DNA of 64,000 nucleotides from Eukaryota sp. GEM-RC1 (Eukaryota): NCBI GenBank assembly GCA_040285855.1, contig JAUFOQ010000016.1, positions 1,612,001 to 1,676,000 of the forward strand, read 5' to 3'. Shown piece by piece: positions 1 to 11,790 of this stretch (position 1 is its first letter; each line of letters starts with the position of its first letter). The notes under the pieces were generated by a model. It saw only the letters and a program-made list of their open reading frames with translations, ran no database searches and was not told where the DNA came from. The position numbers and the translations under genes were made by a program.

Positions 1-431
1 CTTATATATCCACCGTGATGGTGGCTTCACAATGTATCCTTTTATCCTTTTATGAGAATTTTCAGCGGTTACTAAAGAAGAGTTTCAGAATTTGTTTCAA
101 AGTCTGTGTTCAAAATTTGCTGCGCAGTTTGAACATGACTTGCTGGACGACAGTTTTAACATTTTCGCCTTTTAAGTGAAAGCGTAAATAAGCTTATTTC
201 ATTTTGGTCAATAATAATATCTACAATTAGTGCAACACCCCTTGATGAAGATGTTTTTTTGTAAATTATGTACAATATTTACTTAGGAATGCTAATGAAA
301 TATGTAGCAAGTTTCACTCCAACTCGACTTACTCATACAATTCCACTAGAAACTCCAACTCGACTCCAACTTTCAAGAAATTTGGAGTGAAGTGAAGTAT
401 GGAGTCTGGAAGTAGAACTCGAATGGTGTAT

Positions 432-2125
432 TACCATCCCTACCAATTTCTCAGAATAACTTTTAATACAATAATAACAGTGTATATGGCTTTTCTCTTA
501 CAAATTAACCCGGACCTACTGAAAAATCATATCTTTTCTTATGTTAATCTAGGAGGAGTAGGTTGTACATCTTCCAAATACTGGACAAAAGCTGTTTTTC
601 TGGGTGGGGAAAAATTTTGTATTTGAATTTAGTCAAAGATATTCTGACAGATGGTCGCTTCTAGAGTCTGTTAATGGTTTCTATTTAGATAACCTTCGTC
701 AAGAAGTCAATTCACTTAATCCAGCAGTTTGGTCCACTTGTTTTCCAAGAGACATCCAAAATAACCCTGAAAGAAATTTACTATCTTTAAGATCTGCCCT
801 GAAACAGCTTCAGCATCATATTCAAAACATTTGGCAAGTTTGGATTTTGTTGTTCCTAATTGCTCGGCTGAGCAAAATAATTCTACTTACGGAAATTTTT
901 GGTCAGATTTGCAAGCAGCTCTGCATTGGCTATTCTTAATCAAATTCCGCAAATTTATGGATTGTGATTGAACGATCATCAATGGACCACTAGCATGCGT
1001 TTAAGATGTTATTTATGGCATCATAATCTACCCAGTGATTGTTATTGTCAATGTGGACAATTGACGTTGTCTCTTATGTTTTCTAGTTCGCATTACATTA
1101 CCTATCGATCTTCTATCCATGACTCAGTAAGAGATCAAATACATGCTATGCGCAAATCTTACAAAATTGAATCATTCATTGAACCATTGCTTAGATCTCT
1201 TGACATCAATCAACCAAAACAAAAAACAAAATCCTGTTGGACAAAGACGTGCTGACCTTATTATATCTTCTTCTCAATCATTATCAGTGATTGATGTTGC
1301 TTCAGTGGATGTTTGCAAGAAAAGTTGTGACGTATTAGTTGCAAAGGAAGTATCACCTCTAGACATTGCAGAAAATAACACAGTATGTTGATCCACTCGA
1401 AGACTTGGAAATAAAGTAAAATATGAAATTGAAGCCCCGGGGCCTGTCCGTATAAGCCCCATCTTAAAATCGGCTACTATTACGTGGTGGGGCTTCTCTC
1501 TATAAGCCCCTTACCAAATCATGTTCTGAAGTCTCAGTTGTGTCGCATGTAGTGGATTCACTGTCAAAAACAATAAAAACAGTTACTCATCAACAACTTC
1601 CACATGTGACTCACCCAATTCTAACTCACACAATATGGCCAAATCCTCGAAGATCGATACTTCAAAATTCTTTATAACCAGGGGCTACTATTACGTGGTG
1701 AGGCCTCTCCGTATAAGCCCCATCCAAAAATCGGCCACTATTGCGTGGGGGCCACTATTACGTGGAGGGGCTTCAATTTCATATTTTACTTTACATTGTT
1801 CATGTTGAATATTCACTTATCCCATATGTGATTTCTATGTAAGGTCGTTTGGGTAAATTAGCCACGAAGTTCTTAGATGATTTTGCAAAGGTTGTTGCTC
1901 GTAGATCTAACAAATATTTTGACTGATCTTTTTGGCAGATCAGAATTGCCTTTACAATTCTAAAAGCAGTTCCCACAATGATTTCGAAAGCTTCATTATT
2001 CATCAGTGTGCATTATGAAGACGAAGCTTCAACAAGGTTCAATTCTAAGGAATCTTGTTTTGATGACATTGAGTATTAGAATACATCTATTTAAATCATT
2101 ACATCTGCCATAAAAACTTTTTTTT
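432..2125 (+). mobile_element. Degenerate 5'-truncated non-LTR retrotransposon (post-RT region, CCHC knuckle, RLE domain), split by a MITE
   Basis: ORF pieces show NLGGVG..KAVFLGG, MRLR..CYCQCGQ, IHDSVRDQI and RRADLI..VIDVASVD. The reading resumes after 1793 (IPYVISM.GRLG..FWQIRIAF). Ends CATAAAAAC plus a T tract. Boundaries approximate. Confidence 0.8.
1414..1791. mobile_element. MITE with 25-bp TIRs and TA target duplication (Tc1/mariner-like)
   Basis: AAGTAAAATATGAAATTGAAGCCCC at 1414 has its exact reverse complement ending at 1791. TA at 1412-1413 and 1792-1793. Internal direct repeats (CTATTACGTGG, TATAAGCCCC). Confidence 0.85.
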
Positions 2126-2157
2126 AGCAAAAAAAATCATTTTCTCTCTGTTCAACT

Positions 2158-2339
2158 TAGAGCTGGGCACAGACTGACTAGACTAGACTAAGACTACAAC
2201 AACTGACTACCGACTAGACTACAGACTACACCAATAGACTATAGACTAGACTAAGACTAAGTGAGTAGACTAAGATTTAGACTAAAAGCTTAGTCTAGTC
2301 CATAGTCAGTAGACTAGTCTAGTCGAATGCCCAGCTCTA
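2158..2339. mobile_element. hAT-type MITE, 182 bp
   Basis: TIR TAGAGCTGGGCA/TGCCCAGCTCTA; 8-bp TSD GTTCAACT at 2150-2157 and 2340-2347; interior made of GACTA/TAGTC repeats. Confidence 0.92.
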
Positions 2340-2372
2340 GTTCAACTTCTAAAGAATCTAAACCAGAATCAG

Positions 2373-4172
2373 ATGAGAATCCACACGTACCACAAGTCAG
2401 TTTTGGCTCCTTGTGTTTCTACTGTTGTCCATCCCACAGAAAACCCTAACAACTGTGAAAGTGACTTATATTTTCAACAATCTTTGATAATCTTGATTCA
2501 GTTTCACTTGTTAAATCGTCTAGTAGACATTGCTATAGCATCTAGTCATGATGAACCGCACCGTCATCTCCACTGTTTAAAGCAAGAGTGTCACTCCTTC
2601 TTTAACCAAATAGGATACATGAGCTATAACTTCTTTGAATCAGCTCTTTTAGCAGTCAAGATGTTCTTTCAAACCAACACGGTTTCTGTAGATTCTAATG
2701 ATCTTCCCCAGCTCTATTCATTTGCTTCATTCTTCGATAGCAAGGCACATTCAATTTTGTTACATGTTGATATTACTTTTATTGTTGATGACTTTCTTAG
2801 TTATTCAGAACTACTTTCAGGATTGGTGATGAAGATGAAGTATGATGATGACGTGGCGTTTCTTAACAAGGCTTATACGTTCTTTCCTTATCTCAAGCAG
2901 CTCCATGTTCGTGTTAGTTCTTCTGTTTCTATGGTATTTATCCAAATGCTGAAAGTCAATGATACAGTGACAAGTATTGATCTCAGTGGGAATTCTATTG
3001 GAGTTGAAGGTGCTCGAGCATTTGCTGACGCATTGAAGGTCAATTCTTCAGTTGCAAGTGTTAATATTTCTGACAACTCTATCGGAGATGAATGTGCTCG
3101 AGAATTGGCAGAAGCATTGAAGATCAATACTTCAGTTACAACTATTAATATTTCTGGCAACTCTATTGGAGTTGAAGGTGCTCGAGAATTGGCAGAAGCA
3201 TTGAAGGTCATTACTTCAGTTACAATTATTAATATTTCTGACAACTCTATCGGAGATGAAGGTGCTCGAGCATTTGCAGACGCATTCAAGATCAATACTC
3301 TTGTTACAACTATTAATATTTCTGACAACTCTATCGGAGATGAAGGTGCTCGAGAATTGGCAGAAGCATTGAAGGTCATTACTTCAGTTACAATTATTAA
3401 TATTTCTGACAACTCTATCGGAGATGAAGGTGCTCGAGCATTTGCAGACGCATTGAAGGTTAATTCTTCAGTTGCCGATATCGATCTCAAGTGTAACTCT
3501 ATTGAATCTGATGGTCTTACAATAATCGCAAATGCTTTAAAAACCAATGGTGCATTAACAAAACTTAGCATGAACGGAAATTCTATTGGGGATAAAGGTG
3601 TTGAAGCATTGGCCGATGCATTGAAAGTCAATGTTACATTGACAATTATTGATCTTTGTGAAACTTCCATTGGAGATGAAGGTGTTGGAGCTTTGGCAGA
3701 TGCTTTGAAAGTCAATGATACAATTGAACATATTGGACTAAGCTTTAATTGTATTGAAGACGAAGGTGCAAGGGCATTGGCAGAAGCGTTGAAAATCAAT
3801 ACTGTAGTTACAAGTATTACTTTAATTGGAAACTCTATTGGAAATGAAGGTGCTGTGACATTGGCAGAGGCGTTGACAGTCAATGACACGTTAATTAACA
3901 TCAATCTCGAAGAAAATGTTATCGGTGACGCTGGTGCCAGTGCATTGGCAGATGCTTTAAAAGTCAATGATTCTTTGGCAGTTATTGACTTGAGTTGGAA
4001 TGTTATTGGTGATGAAGGTGCAAAGGCCTTGGCAGATGCTTTAAGAATCAATGTTTTTGTCATTAATTTGTGGTTGGGTGGAAACTCTTTTGGAGAAGTC
4101 GGTTGTAGGGCATTGATTGATGCGTTCAAAGTCAATGACAAAGTGAACCATTCGGGATTAGTTTTACCATAA
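2373..4172 (+). CDS. Leucine-rich repeat protein (ribonuclease-inhibitor/NLRC3-like 28-aa LRRs)
   Basis: About 14 repeats of the type xxIxLSxNSIGDEGARALAEALKVN after a unique ~190-aa N-terminus; intact 599-aa ORF. Confidence 0.9.
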   Translation: MRIHTYHKSVLAPCVSTVVHPTENPNNCESDLYFQQSLIILIQFHLLNRLVDIAIASSHDEPHRHLHCLKQECHSFFNQIGYMSYNFFESALLAVKMFFQTNTVSVDSNDLPQLYSFASFFDSKAHSILLHVDITFIVDDFLSYSELLSGLVMKMKYDDDVAFLNKAYTFFPYLKQLHVRVSSSVSMVFIQMLKVNDTVTSIDLSGNSIGVEGARAFADALKVNSSVASVNISDNSIGDECARELAEALKINTSVTTINISGNSIGVEGARELAEALKVITSVTIINISDNSIGDEGARAFADAFKINTLVTTINISDNSIGDEGARELAEALKVITSVTIINISDNSIGDEGARAFADALKVNSSVADIDLKCNSIESDGLTIIANALKTNGALTKLSMNGNSIGDKGVEALADALKVNVTLTIIDLCETSIGDEGVGALADALKVNDTIEHIGLSFNCIEDEGARALAEALKINTVVTSITLIGNSIGNEGAVTLAEALTVNDTLININLEENVIGDAGASALADALKVNDSLAVIDLSWNVIGDEGAKALADALRINVFVINLWLGGNSFGEVGCRALIDAFKVNDKVNHSGLVLP

Positions 4173-4289
4173 ATTCTAAAAATTGATTTTGTTTAATCTT
4201 GTAAACAACCAACTTTAAGGCAATTTGACCACATTAATCAATTTAGTGACACATGTATAATGCTACATGTTCTCAAACATGTTAACGGC

Positions 4290-4675
4290 ATAACTTGAAA
4301 AGGTTGTAATGACCTAGAAAGAGTACAGTAGATGAATATTCCGATAATGTTTCTAAGCTCCCTCAAAAATTATAGTCAAAATGTATATTTGTTCCATTTT
4401 CTATTTATATTTTTGGTAGTATTGGTGAAATGGCTTCTCAGTGTTTAAATAACTTTGGGTCCATGTGCAAGTCTCGAAACAAGCGATTAACTTATCAATT
4501 TGGCAAAACCGTCTGAGTTTCAGAGTTCCTATTGATGCCCATATTTATTAAATCAATTATCGTGTGAGTTGTATAAGAACTCTGGTACTACTGAGCAGAG
4601 TTATTCTGTGTCTAGAGTTGTATAGATGCTATTTTGATATTGATTTTTGTCCTCTTCATCTATAAAGTATTTTTA
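4290..4675 (+). mobile_element. Degenerate 3' fragment of RLE non-LTR element (family of 25650-27088)
   Basis: ATATTTGTTCCATTT..TTTTTGGTAGTATTGGT.AAATGGCTTCT matches 26796-26850; ends TATAAAGTA plus a T tract. Confidence 0.7.
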
Positions 4676-4682
4676 CTGTATA

Positions 4683-5107
4683 CCGGCTGTCTAAAAATGA
4701 ATTTCCCCCTAAAAAAATTTCAATTATCGTTCCATAAAATACCGCAAATTGAGAATAACAAAAATTAAGTTACGGAATATGTTTCAAATAAAATAAATAC
4801 ACATCAGTAAATCGCAAATATTCAAAAATGTAGATCATTGTGCATATAAGAAAAGTATGTAAATGCAGAACACAAGCTAAAATCTTGTCCAGCTCCATAA
4901 ACTAAAATAAAGATCATTGTTTGATGTTAAAATGTATTGTTTCAGCAAAAGATTGGGGTATTGAAATTATACTAAGTCAAAAGGGTCAGGATAAGTTCTA
5001 AGGACACGTTAGATATAGGTATCACAACATTCATGCGCTTCTAGGACGTCATTTATGGCCATATAGTAAATTAGGGAAATTAACTTACGGTTAAGACAGC
5101 CCTGCTG
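4683..5107. mobile_element. Possible decayed TA-flanked MITE
   Basis: Imperfect inverted ends (GGCTGTCT..AATTTCCC versus GGGAAATT..AGACAGCC) with TATA on both flanks. Confidence 0.3.
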
Positions 5108-5435
5108 TATACACGAAATTGCTGAAATTATTGCAAATCCCACCTCGTGAAACTGGTTCAATTAAAATACATCAATTTTGATGCTTCTCCTATCGAGACA
5201 AAGGTAGACGAAACCACGTTCTTTTGACTGTGGAATCGGGACAAATCTTTCATTTCAAATTTTCGAAATTTTGGAATACTGATCACCGAATCGGTACATG
5301 TACCAGTTGATTGACAGTCAACATTAGAATGGCGAGTAGTCGTAATTCAGTACATCAAAGACATGATTTATTTTTTATTTTTGGAAATGACACGTGTAGG
5401 ATTGAACCTCGATCCACTATTTTCTTCTTGATCGA

Positions 5436-5766
5436 TGTACAATCTTGTGTTCTTTTGCTTTTCGTGGTGTTTGTACACTGTACTCTCTATCAAGTCCAAG
5501 TTCACAACAGGTCCGCCTATGTCATGAGTCGTAAAATGTACAGTTCTAACGGACGTTTCGAATCCTTCCCTCTCAATACACTTTTTCCTCTAATGTGGAC
5601 TAACATGGCTGTCAGTGGTGATGATTCATCCACTAGATTGATATACACTGCTAATCAACAGTCAGCTACTGTTATCTTTGGCAAGAATGGATGTTCGTGT
5701 GATGGTTGTAGTTGTCGTGCTCACACGGTTTCGCCTACTACCTGGAAGGTCTATTTCTCATGTTGA
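5436..5766 (+). CDS. Small predicted secreted, cysteine-containing protein (~110 aa); one indel needed just after the ATG
   Basis: Signal-peptide-like CVLLLFVVFVHC followed by a beta-rich domain TLYQVQVHNRS...VYFSC. ATG at 5436 is one base out of frame. Confidence 0.5.
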
Positions 5767-5904
5767 TGTTGTTGTTCATATCGTTCTTTTGTTGTAAGAA
5801 GTCGTTGTAAAGATTTGTCCACTATTGTGAATATTCCTGTTGTTCTTCATGACAATAATCGCTCCATCTTCCCTACTTCTTACATACAGATTTTTAGATA
5901 TAAG

Positions 5905-6523
5905 CATAGTTGCGAATCACAAAAATTTGACTTTGTGATTTTGTGAGTCACAACAATCACATCACAACATCACATCACAAGCAATATTTTAGTGATTTTT
6001 GTGATTTAACATCGCAACATCACAATAATTGAACAAAATTATTTCTGAAAAGTTAAGGGTATGTAACAACTGAAGTAAGCGTCTTGTTATCACGATCAAT
6101 TTGGAAGAACTTTGGAGTTTTTATTGGTAAGGTCCGATAATATTCCAGATCCGACCTTTGAGTAATATAATCAAAGTGCTTCACTTTGTTGACTTTCCAG
6201 ATGGGCTATCAGATTTCGTAAATCTCCAATCGTATCCTAAAGGCAGTTCCTCAAGGAAGTTTGCGGATGTCAGTTACTTCCATGGAGTCTAAGATAGATG
6301 GGGAATATTAAGACATTTATTTTGTAAAAAAAACATACATTTTTTGCTTCTTCAGTTCCGATGTTGAATTTACTTCTATCTCATAAGTTGGTGAACCGAA
6401 TTCTTGTACATAACATTGTTTATGATAGTAATAAGCACAAGGTAATGTTAAATCTAAATAATTACATGTCACAACAATCACATCACAAAATCACATCACA
6501 AAAATTTGTGATTCGCAACTATG
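5905..6523. mobile_element. hAT-type non-autonomous element, 619 bp
   Basis: TIR CATAGTTGCGAATCACAAA/TTTGTGATTCGCAACTATG; TSD GATATAAG at 5897-5904 and 6524-6531; ATCAC subterminal repeats. Confidence 0.92.
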
Positions 6524-6579
6524 GATATAAGTGATATCATATACCAGTAGATACCTTCACAAAAACATTATTACAAGGT

Positions 6580-7859
6580 TTATTCTCTAGATCCAAAAAT
6601 CTTCAACATAGCCACGTCGTCATCGTCTGGCAAGTTAAACTGATAACCATCATTGCTATTAAAGAGAAATGATGACGTCATTTGATCAACGTTCGAGTCA
6701 ATATAACCACAACCTGAATAACTACTAAACAGATCAAAATCATCATCGAGATCATCCACATCATTTGATTGAACAACAGTAATTGGTGGAACACACTCAA
6801 TGTCAGAATCACTTGAATCACCGTCCTCCATCAAAGTAACTGAGTATTCGCCAATTGCTTCCCTTACTAAGGGTCGAATCCAAGAAGAATTGATGGCAGT
6901 CGCGATTAAATCAAATGAATACTCTTGAAAAACTTCAGCTTTGATCTCTTTTTTGACTTGTCTGAGTGACTTCTTCTTTGGTAATTTCTCCTCTTTTTCA
7001 ATTCTACCGGAGGAACTTCCACTGACTTAGTTATTACAAAAGCCTCTTCTACAAATGATGACGTGTCAACTAGAGGACCAGGACGAATCTCATCCTTGAT
7101 CTTTTGCTTCTTCTTCTTCTTTTTACTCGTTGATTTATTGTTATTTTTACTATCGGGGTTGGAGCTTGACGAGGCAGAAATGAAACTCAAAGATCTCATT
7201 TCCTCAGAAGAGAAGAAGATAGGAGCAGCATCAGTAAGGAGTTTGAAGTAGCCAGGAAGGACAGAGGGGAAGGCGGAAGGTTTGAAAAGAGAGCAGACAG
7301 AGATTGCACGTTGCCGGCGTTTGACATCCTTCTTTCCAACAGAAATGGATGGAAAGGACGGTAGAGAGGGAGCAGCATACTTAGAACCAGGAGACTTAGT
7401 GTTGTAGAAGGGGTTAAGACAGGAAGAAAACAGAGTGGATTCAAATTGACTGTGTGAAAAGGAAGGAACGTCCTTGAAGGAACGGAGAAAGTCAATAATG
7501 ACAGAAGTGTGGGTGCTACAGATATGGGCATATACATCTGGAGCAGTTTCAAAAGACTGTGAGCAGATTCTACAGAGAACTGATTTGAAGCCTAAGCGTT
7601 GTGTAAAGTGGGTTAAACTGGAGGAGACTAACTCAGAGAAAGAGTCTTCCTTGGGAGAAGTTTGGGTGGATAAGGGGTTGTCTGATGTGGGGAAAGACGA
7701 TGAAAGTCGAATCGATGGACCAGAAACTCGATAAAGAACCAATGGTGTGTTTGGACTTTGAGAAGAAAAACCATAAGAGCAAGGAACATGTTTGCCACCA
7801 GAGAGTACAGTATTGATTATTGTAGAAGGTCTAATCTCTAGGGAAGACAGTATAGTCAT
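6580..7859 (-). CDS. C2H2 zinc-finger-containing hypothetical protein (one frameshift near 7000)
   Basis: CRICSQSF..VYAHICSTH motif. The 317-aa ORF joins an open frame (EKEEKLPKKK..SVTLMEDGD) running to the stop at 6580. Confidence 0.6.
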
Positions 7860-8810
7860 TGCAGCAATGAGGTGACAAAAAGAAGAAATTCAATTTGATT
7901 ACATATCGACACTGTAATAGTAATAAATTACAGGATTGTCCAAAGTGCGCTTCATTCATGGGTTCGGACCGGATAACAATAGTTCAGTTGGGTTGGGTTC
8001 GGTCTTGTCGTTCAGGTGGAATCTGCAACTAAATCAAAAATATTTTCAAAACGATGATTATATTTATTATATTTTGCCAAATTGGTGGGTGCAATTATAT
8101 AAGGAGTTGATCTGGTGTGAATTAGGATAAGGTGCTCAGAGCTACCGCACCCTGCCTAGTAGATCACCCCTAAAAACCCAGGAAATCAAGTGCTCTATTA
8201 GGGTGATAAAGTACTTTCAAAACTAAACTTCTGTGTCCCTCCGATACGCATGTGGAAATTGATATTCTGAGTTTTCATTTCTACCATTTGTTATTTCAAT
8301 GTTGGTCAATATTGATCCGCTAAAAACTATTTAATGGGGATGATTACTTATGCCGTCTTATGGGAAGGATTTTAGTACAGAGGTCTTTGTGACTAAATCG
8401 TCTTCGCTCTTCGCCTTACACAAGATTTCCTAAGTGTGTAAGTGTCATTTAGTCTAAGTTGTAAATGGACAACTGTTGAGAGTTTATCAAACACATATCC
8501 TGAATTAAAATGAATACAGTGGTAGTGTTAGCATGATGAGAACATTCAACAACTGTATTTCTGTAACTAACTCAGAGAGCACAAAACTTCACAGTTAAAA
8601 CAGTTGCAAATTCAATAGTTTTCTATGGAACACTATAAATGTATATTAATAACTGCCATGTAGACAACTGTTCAATGATATATAAACACAATCTTTTTTT
8701 ACAAACAAGAAGTATTTAAATAACAAAAGACAACCAAAACACATTGTACATCAGGTTCCATGGTTATTAAAAAGACCAACTAGGAGAGATTCACAGTAAA
8801 TAAAACCCCA

Positions 8811-9829
8811 CTACAACTCACTTGGTGGTGAGCACAAAGCACATGCATCCAACATTCTACTCCAAAACAACTCCACATCGATATCCTCACAAACAAAACA
8901 GTTCTTCTGCAGACCAGTAAGATTAAAGATGTCCACACAAGTAGCTCCTGAAGTGATTCTGCCATTTGTTTCCAATATCCACATGATACAGATTCCCCTC
9001 GAACAACTGTGGTTCTAACGCAAACAGTACAGCCGTTGGATCATGAAGAGGAGGGCCATCCTTGAAGCCAAAGACTTCCCTATAAGTCTTATCAAAGAAC
9101 AGTAACAAACCCTGGAACATTGAGAACAACTGTGGAGAAATACGTTCCTTGAGTTGATCTAGAACATTTTGAGTGACTAAAACCTTGTGAGTAACCTCTG
9201 GTGATAAGCACTAAAGAAATTAAACATACCTAAAGGAACCATGCTAAGGCTGAGTCTAGCACCAAGTTTGAAAACTATATCTGCAGCTATTGGATCTACT
9301 AATATGTTGAATTCAGCGTGGGGTTTGATATTACCAACACCTATAGCTCCTCCCATGACAGTCATTTGATCAATGTAGTTAGGTAGATCGGGGAAAACTT
9401 TAAAAGCAAGTGCTACATTAGTTAGACAACCGGTTGCTACTAGGTGAACCTCTCCTTTTGTTCTTCAAACGCACTTTTAAGAGTATTATACATGAAAGAA
9501 ATAGCCATGAAGGGACTGGGTGGAGTATGTTCAGTGATCAATGCATCAATTGCAGTCCAATCAGCACCATCTAGTCCTGAGGAACCATGAATTTCATCGC
9601 AGATACGTAGAGAGTGAGAAAGAGGTTCAGAACATCCTGCTACAACTGGAACATGACCTTTCCCAATAAGAGTAAGCATTCGCCGACTGTTGTGTGCGGT
9701 TTTTGCGACTGTTTGGTTACCAGCAACAGTGGTAACACCCAGTAAATCAGAATCGGGATGATATACAGCAAGAAGAAGAGCGAATGCATCGTCATGACCA
9801 GTATCAACATCAAGAAAGAGACGTTTCAT
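8811..9829 (-). CDS. Inosine-uridine-preferring nucleoside hydrolase (Rih-like); one intron and two single-base indels
   Basis: DVDTGHDD, GVTTVAGN, IHGSSGL, VATGCLTNVA, MGGA..GN...AEFNI..DP.AA, MVPLEVTH (after splicing), LHDP. Confidence 0.9.
9198..9229 (-). other. 32-nt spliceosomal intron in nucleoside hydrolase
   Basis: GTATGTTTAATTTCTTTAGTGCTTATCACCAG; removal restores the conserved MVPLEVTH in frame. Confidence 0.88.
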
Positions 9830-9893
9830 TCAGAGAGAGATTGGTTGGAGAGGGGCCAGGCAAGATCCGAATTTTTCTTTCTGTGGTCGCTAC

Positions 9894-10300
9894 CTATGTT
9901 CGGAGTCACCTCAACACGTGTTGAATGGTGTTGGTCAGAACTTCAACACGTGTTGGATATGTCATTCTTCTATGTCACTACAATGAAATTGGCTAAATTT
10001 CTACTGTTCTTGATGAAACTATATTGATTAAAGGTAGAAAATTCAAGTTTACTCCAAAGTTTACTTAAATGTATGGATTATTGATGAGCTTTTCATGTTA
10101 TCAGTTCTGGAATCGTTTAAAATCAGTTCTAATTTATCAACTTGGTTCGGGTGTAACATGAGTGAAAAATAGATGTGTTTTTCTGTTGGTTGATCTTAAA
10201 GTGAGTTATTCTGTTCTGCTCAGAATTTATTCAACACGTGTTGGCACCAACACGCAACACGTGTTGAATATTTTCCAACACCGTGTTGAACTGAACATAG
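9894..10300. mobile_element. hAT-type MITE, 407 bp
   Basis: Ends CTATGTTC/GAACATAG; TSD GTCGCTAC at 9886-9893 and 10301-10308; palindromic CAACACGTGTTG subterminal repeats at both ends. Confidence 0.9.
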
Positions 10301-10344
10301 GTCGCTACTAGTAGTAACTTAGTGAATTACTAGTAGTATTAAAT

Positions 10345-11177
10345 CAGGGCCTGGAAAAATTGAATTGATTGACAATGTCAATGATTGGTATTTATCCAAT
10401 TCCAATTCCAATGTCTTAAATTGAACCAATCAATATTTGAATGTTTCAAATGAAACCAATCAATATTTGAACGTTAGATCTCGGCCCAATCAATGTTTGA
10501 ATGTTAGATATTGGTCGAAACGATGTTTCAATGTTTGATATTGGTCAATGTTTCAAGTATTCTTTTGTGTTTCAACCTTTTGCGATGTCGATATACGGTA
10601 ATATTGGACCAGCTGCACAAGGTTTTTTAACCTCCTTTGGTAAATTGTGTTCTGAGTATGGTAAAGCTTTCAATGAAAATTTTTGGTTGAGTAAGTTAAC
10701 GTTTGCGTTGTTTCGTTCAATGCACAGATATTTTAATTCAATTTTAGGTAAGTTGTTCGGTGATGGACAGAAGGATCATAGTTTAGATACTTTAGTTAGT
10801 GTCTGTTAGTTATTAACTTCTGCAAATGCATATATTTCACTGACTGATCATAAACCCCGTTTTTTAGTATTACCACTACTACTAGTAGTAGAACAGCCAA
10901 ATCATACGATTTATTTGTTTTGTTCATACAGGACATGTTAAAACGACTATCTACATCAGCTGCATATTGATATTGCGATTTGTAGTGGTGAGTGTAATAG
11001 GATAATTCACAAAATATAATTGGTCAATGTTGCAATGTATGGACATTATTTCAATCAATGTTTCATTGATTTTTGTTGAGCCAATCAATATTTCAATGTT
11101 TTAAATTGCCACCAATCAATGTTTCATACCAATGTATTCAAATAATTGTATTGACAATCCAATTTTTCCAGGCCCTG
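10345..11177. mobile_element. TIR element (hAT-like ends) carrying a nested retrotransposon tail
   Basis: 18-bp TIR CAGGGCCTGGAAAAATTG/CAATTTTTCCAGGCCCTG; CCAATCAAT repeats. Flanks GTATTAAAT/GCATTAGAT are only an imperfect duplication. Confidence 0.82.
10559..10865 (+). mobile_element. 5'-truncated RLE non-LTR insertion (~307 bp)
   Basis: Encodes FVFQPFAMSIYGNIG..FWLSKLTFAL; near-identical to 38114-38420; AGTATT on both sides (10556-10561, 10866-10871). Confidence 0.85.
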
Positions 11178-11790
11178 GCATTAGATAGTAAAATATTCAT
11201 ACTGTAACGATAATACTACATTGTAAATGCAGGCAAATACTACTAATATAACAAGTAACATTTTTGTAATGTGCAATTTGAACAACTTAAGTGACTAATC
11301 TACAGTAAAGTGAATATACTTCCTATTCGGACGCTTTTGAACAAGTCAAACAGAATAAGTACAAGAAATCATTGATGGCTCTAAAACATGCAATTTTGAA
11401 GTATCAATTTAGAGCCGTTTAGGAAAAAGTGCATTGAATTTTCGAAACTATTTCGGAAAAATCGTAAACAAAGGAGACCGAACAAACGCTCTGATCATAA
11501 GTTATGGTTGAATCGCATCGTGTTTACTGTTTTTAAAACAATTCCGCTAATCATTTCCAAAGCTTTATTAGCTGTGAGTTCCTTTTATGAGACAAAGCTG
11601 TTGTAAGATTTGATAGCGACGGGTGTTGTTCCAATGTTAAGAAATGTTTAGTTTTTTGGTGAAATACTTTTATAGAAATGTAACTTCAAACAATAGTGAA
11701 GTGAAGCAATTAATTGCTACTTCAATTTGATTCCCAACGGACTAGATATAACGCAAATCAAACAAAAACTTATCATGTTATACATTTATT

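Noticed and set aside
310..432. ACTCCAACTCGACT repeats, possibly the right end of another TIR element
   Set aside because: No matching left end or TSD found in the window.
2888..4141. 417-aa antisense ORF over the LRR gene
   Set aside because: Shadow frame of repetitive LRR codons; no independent protein features.
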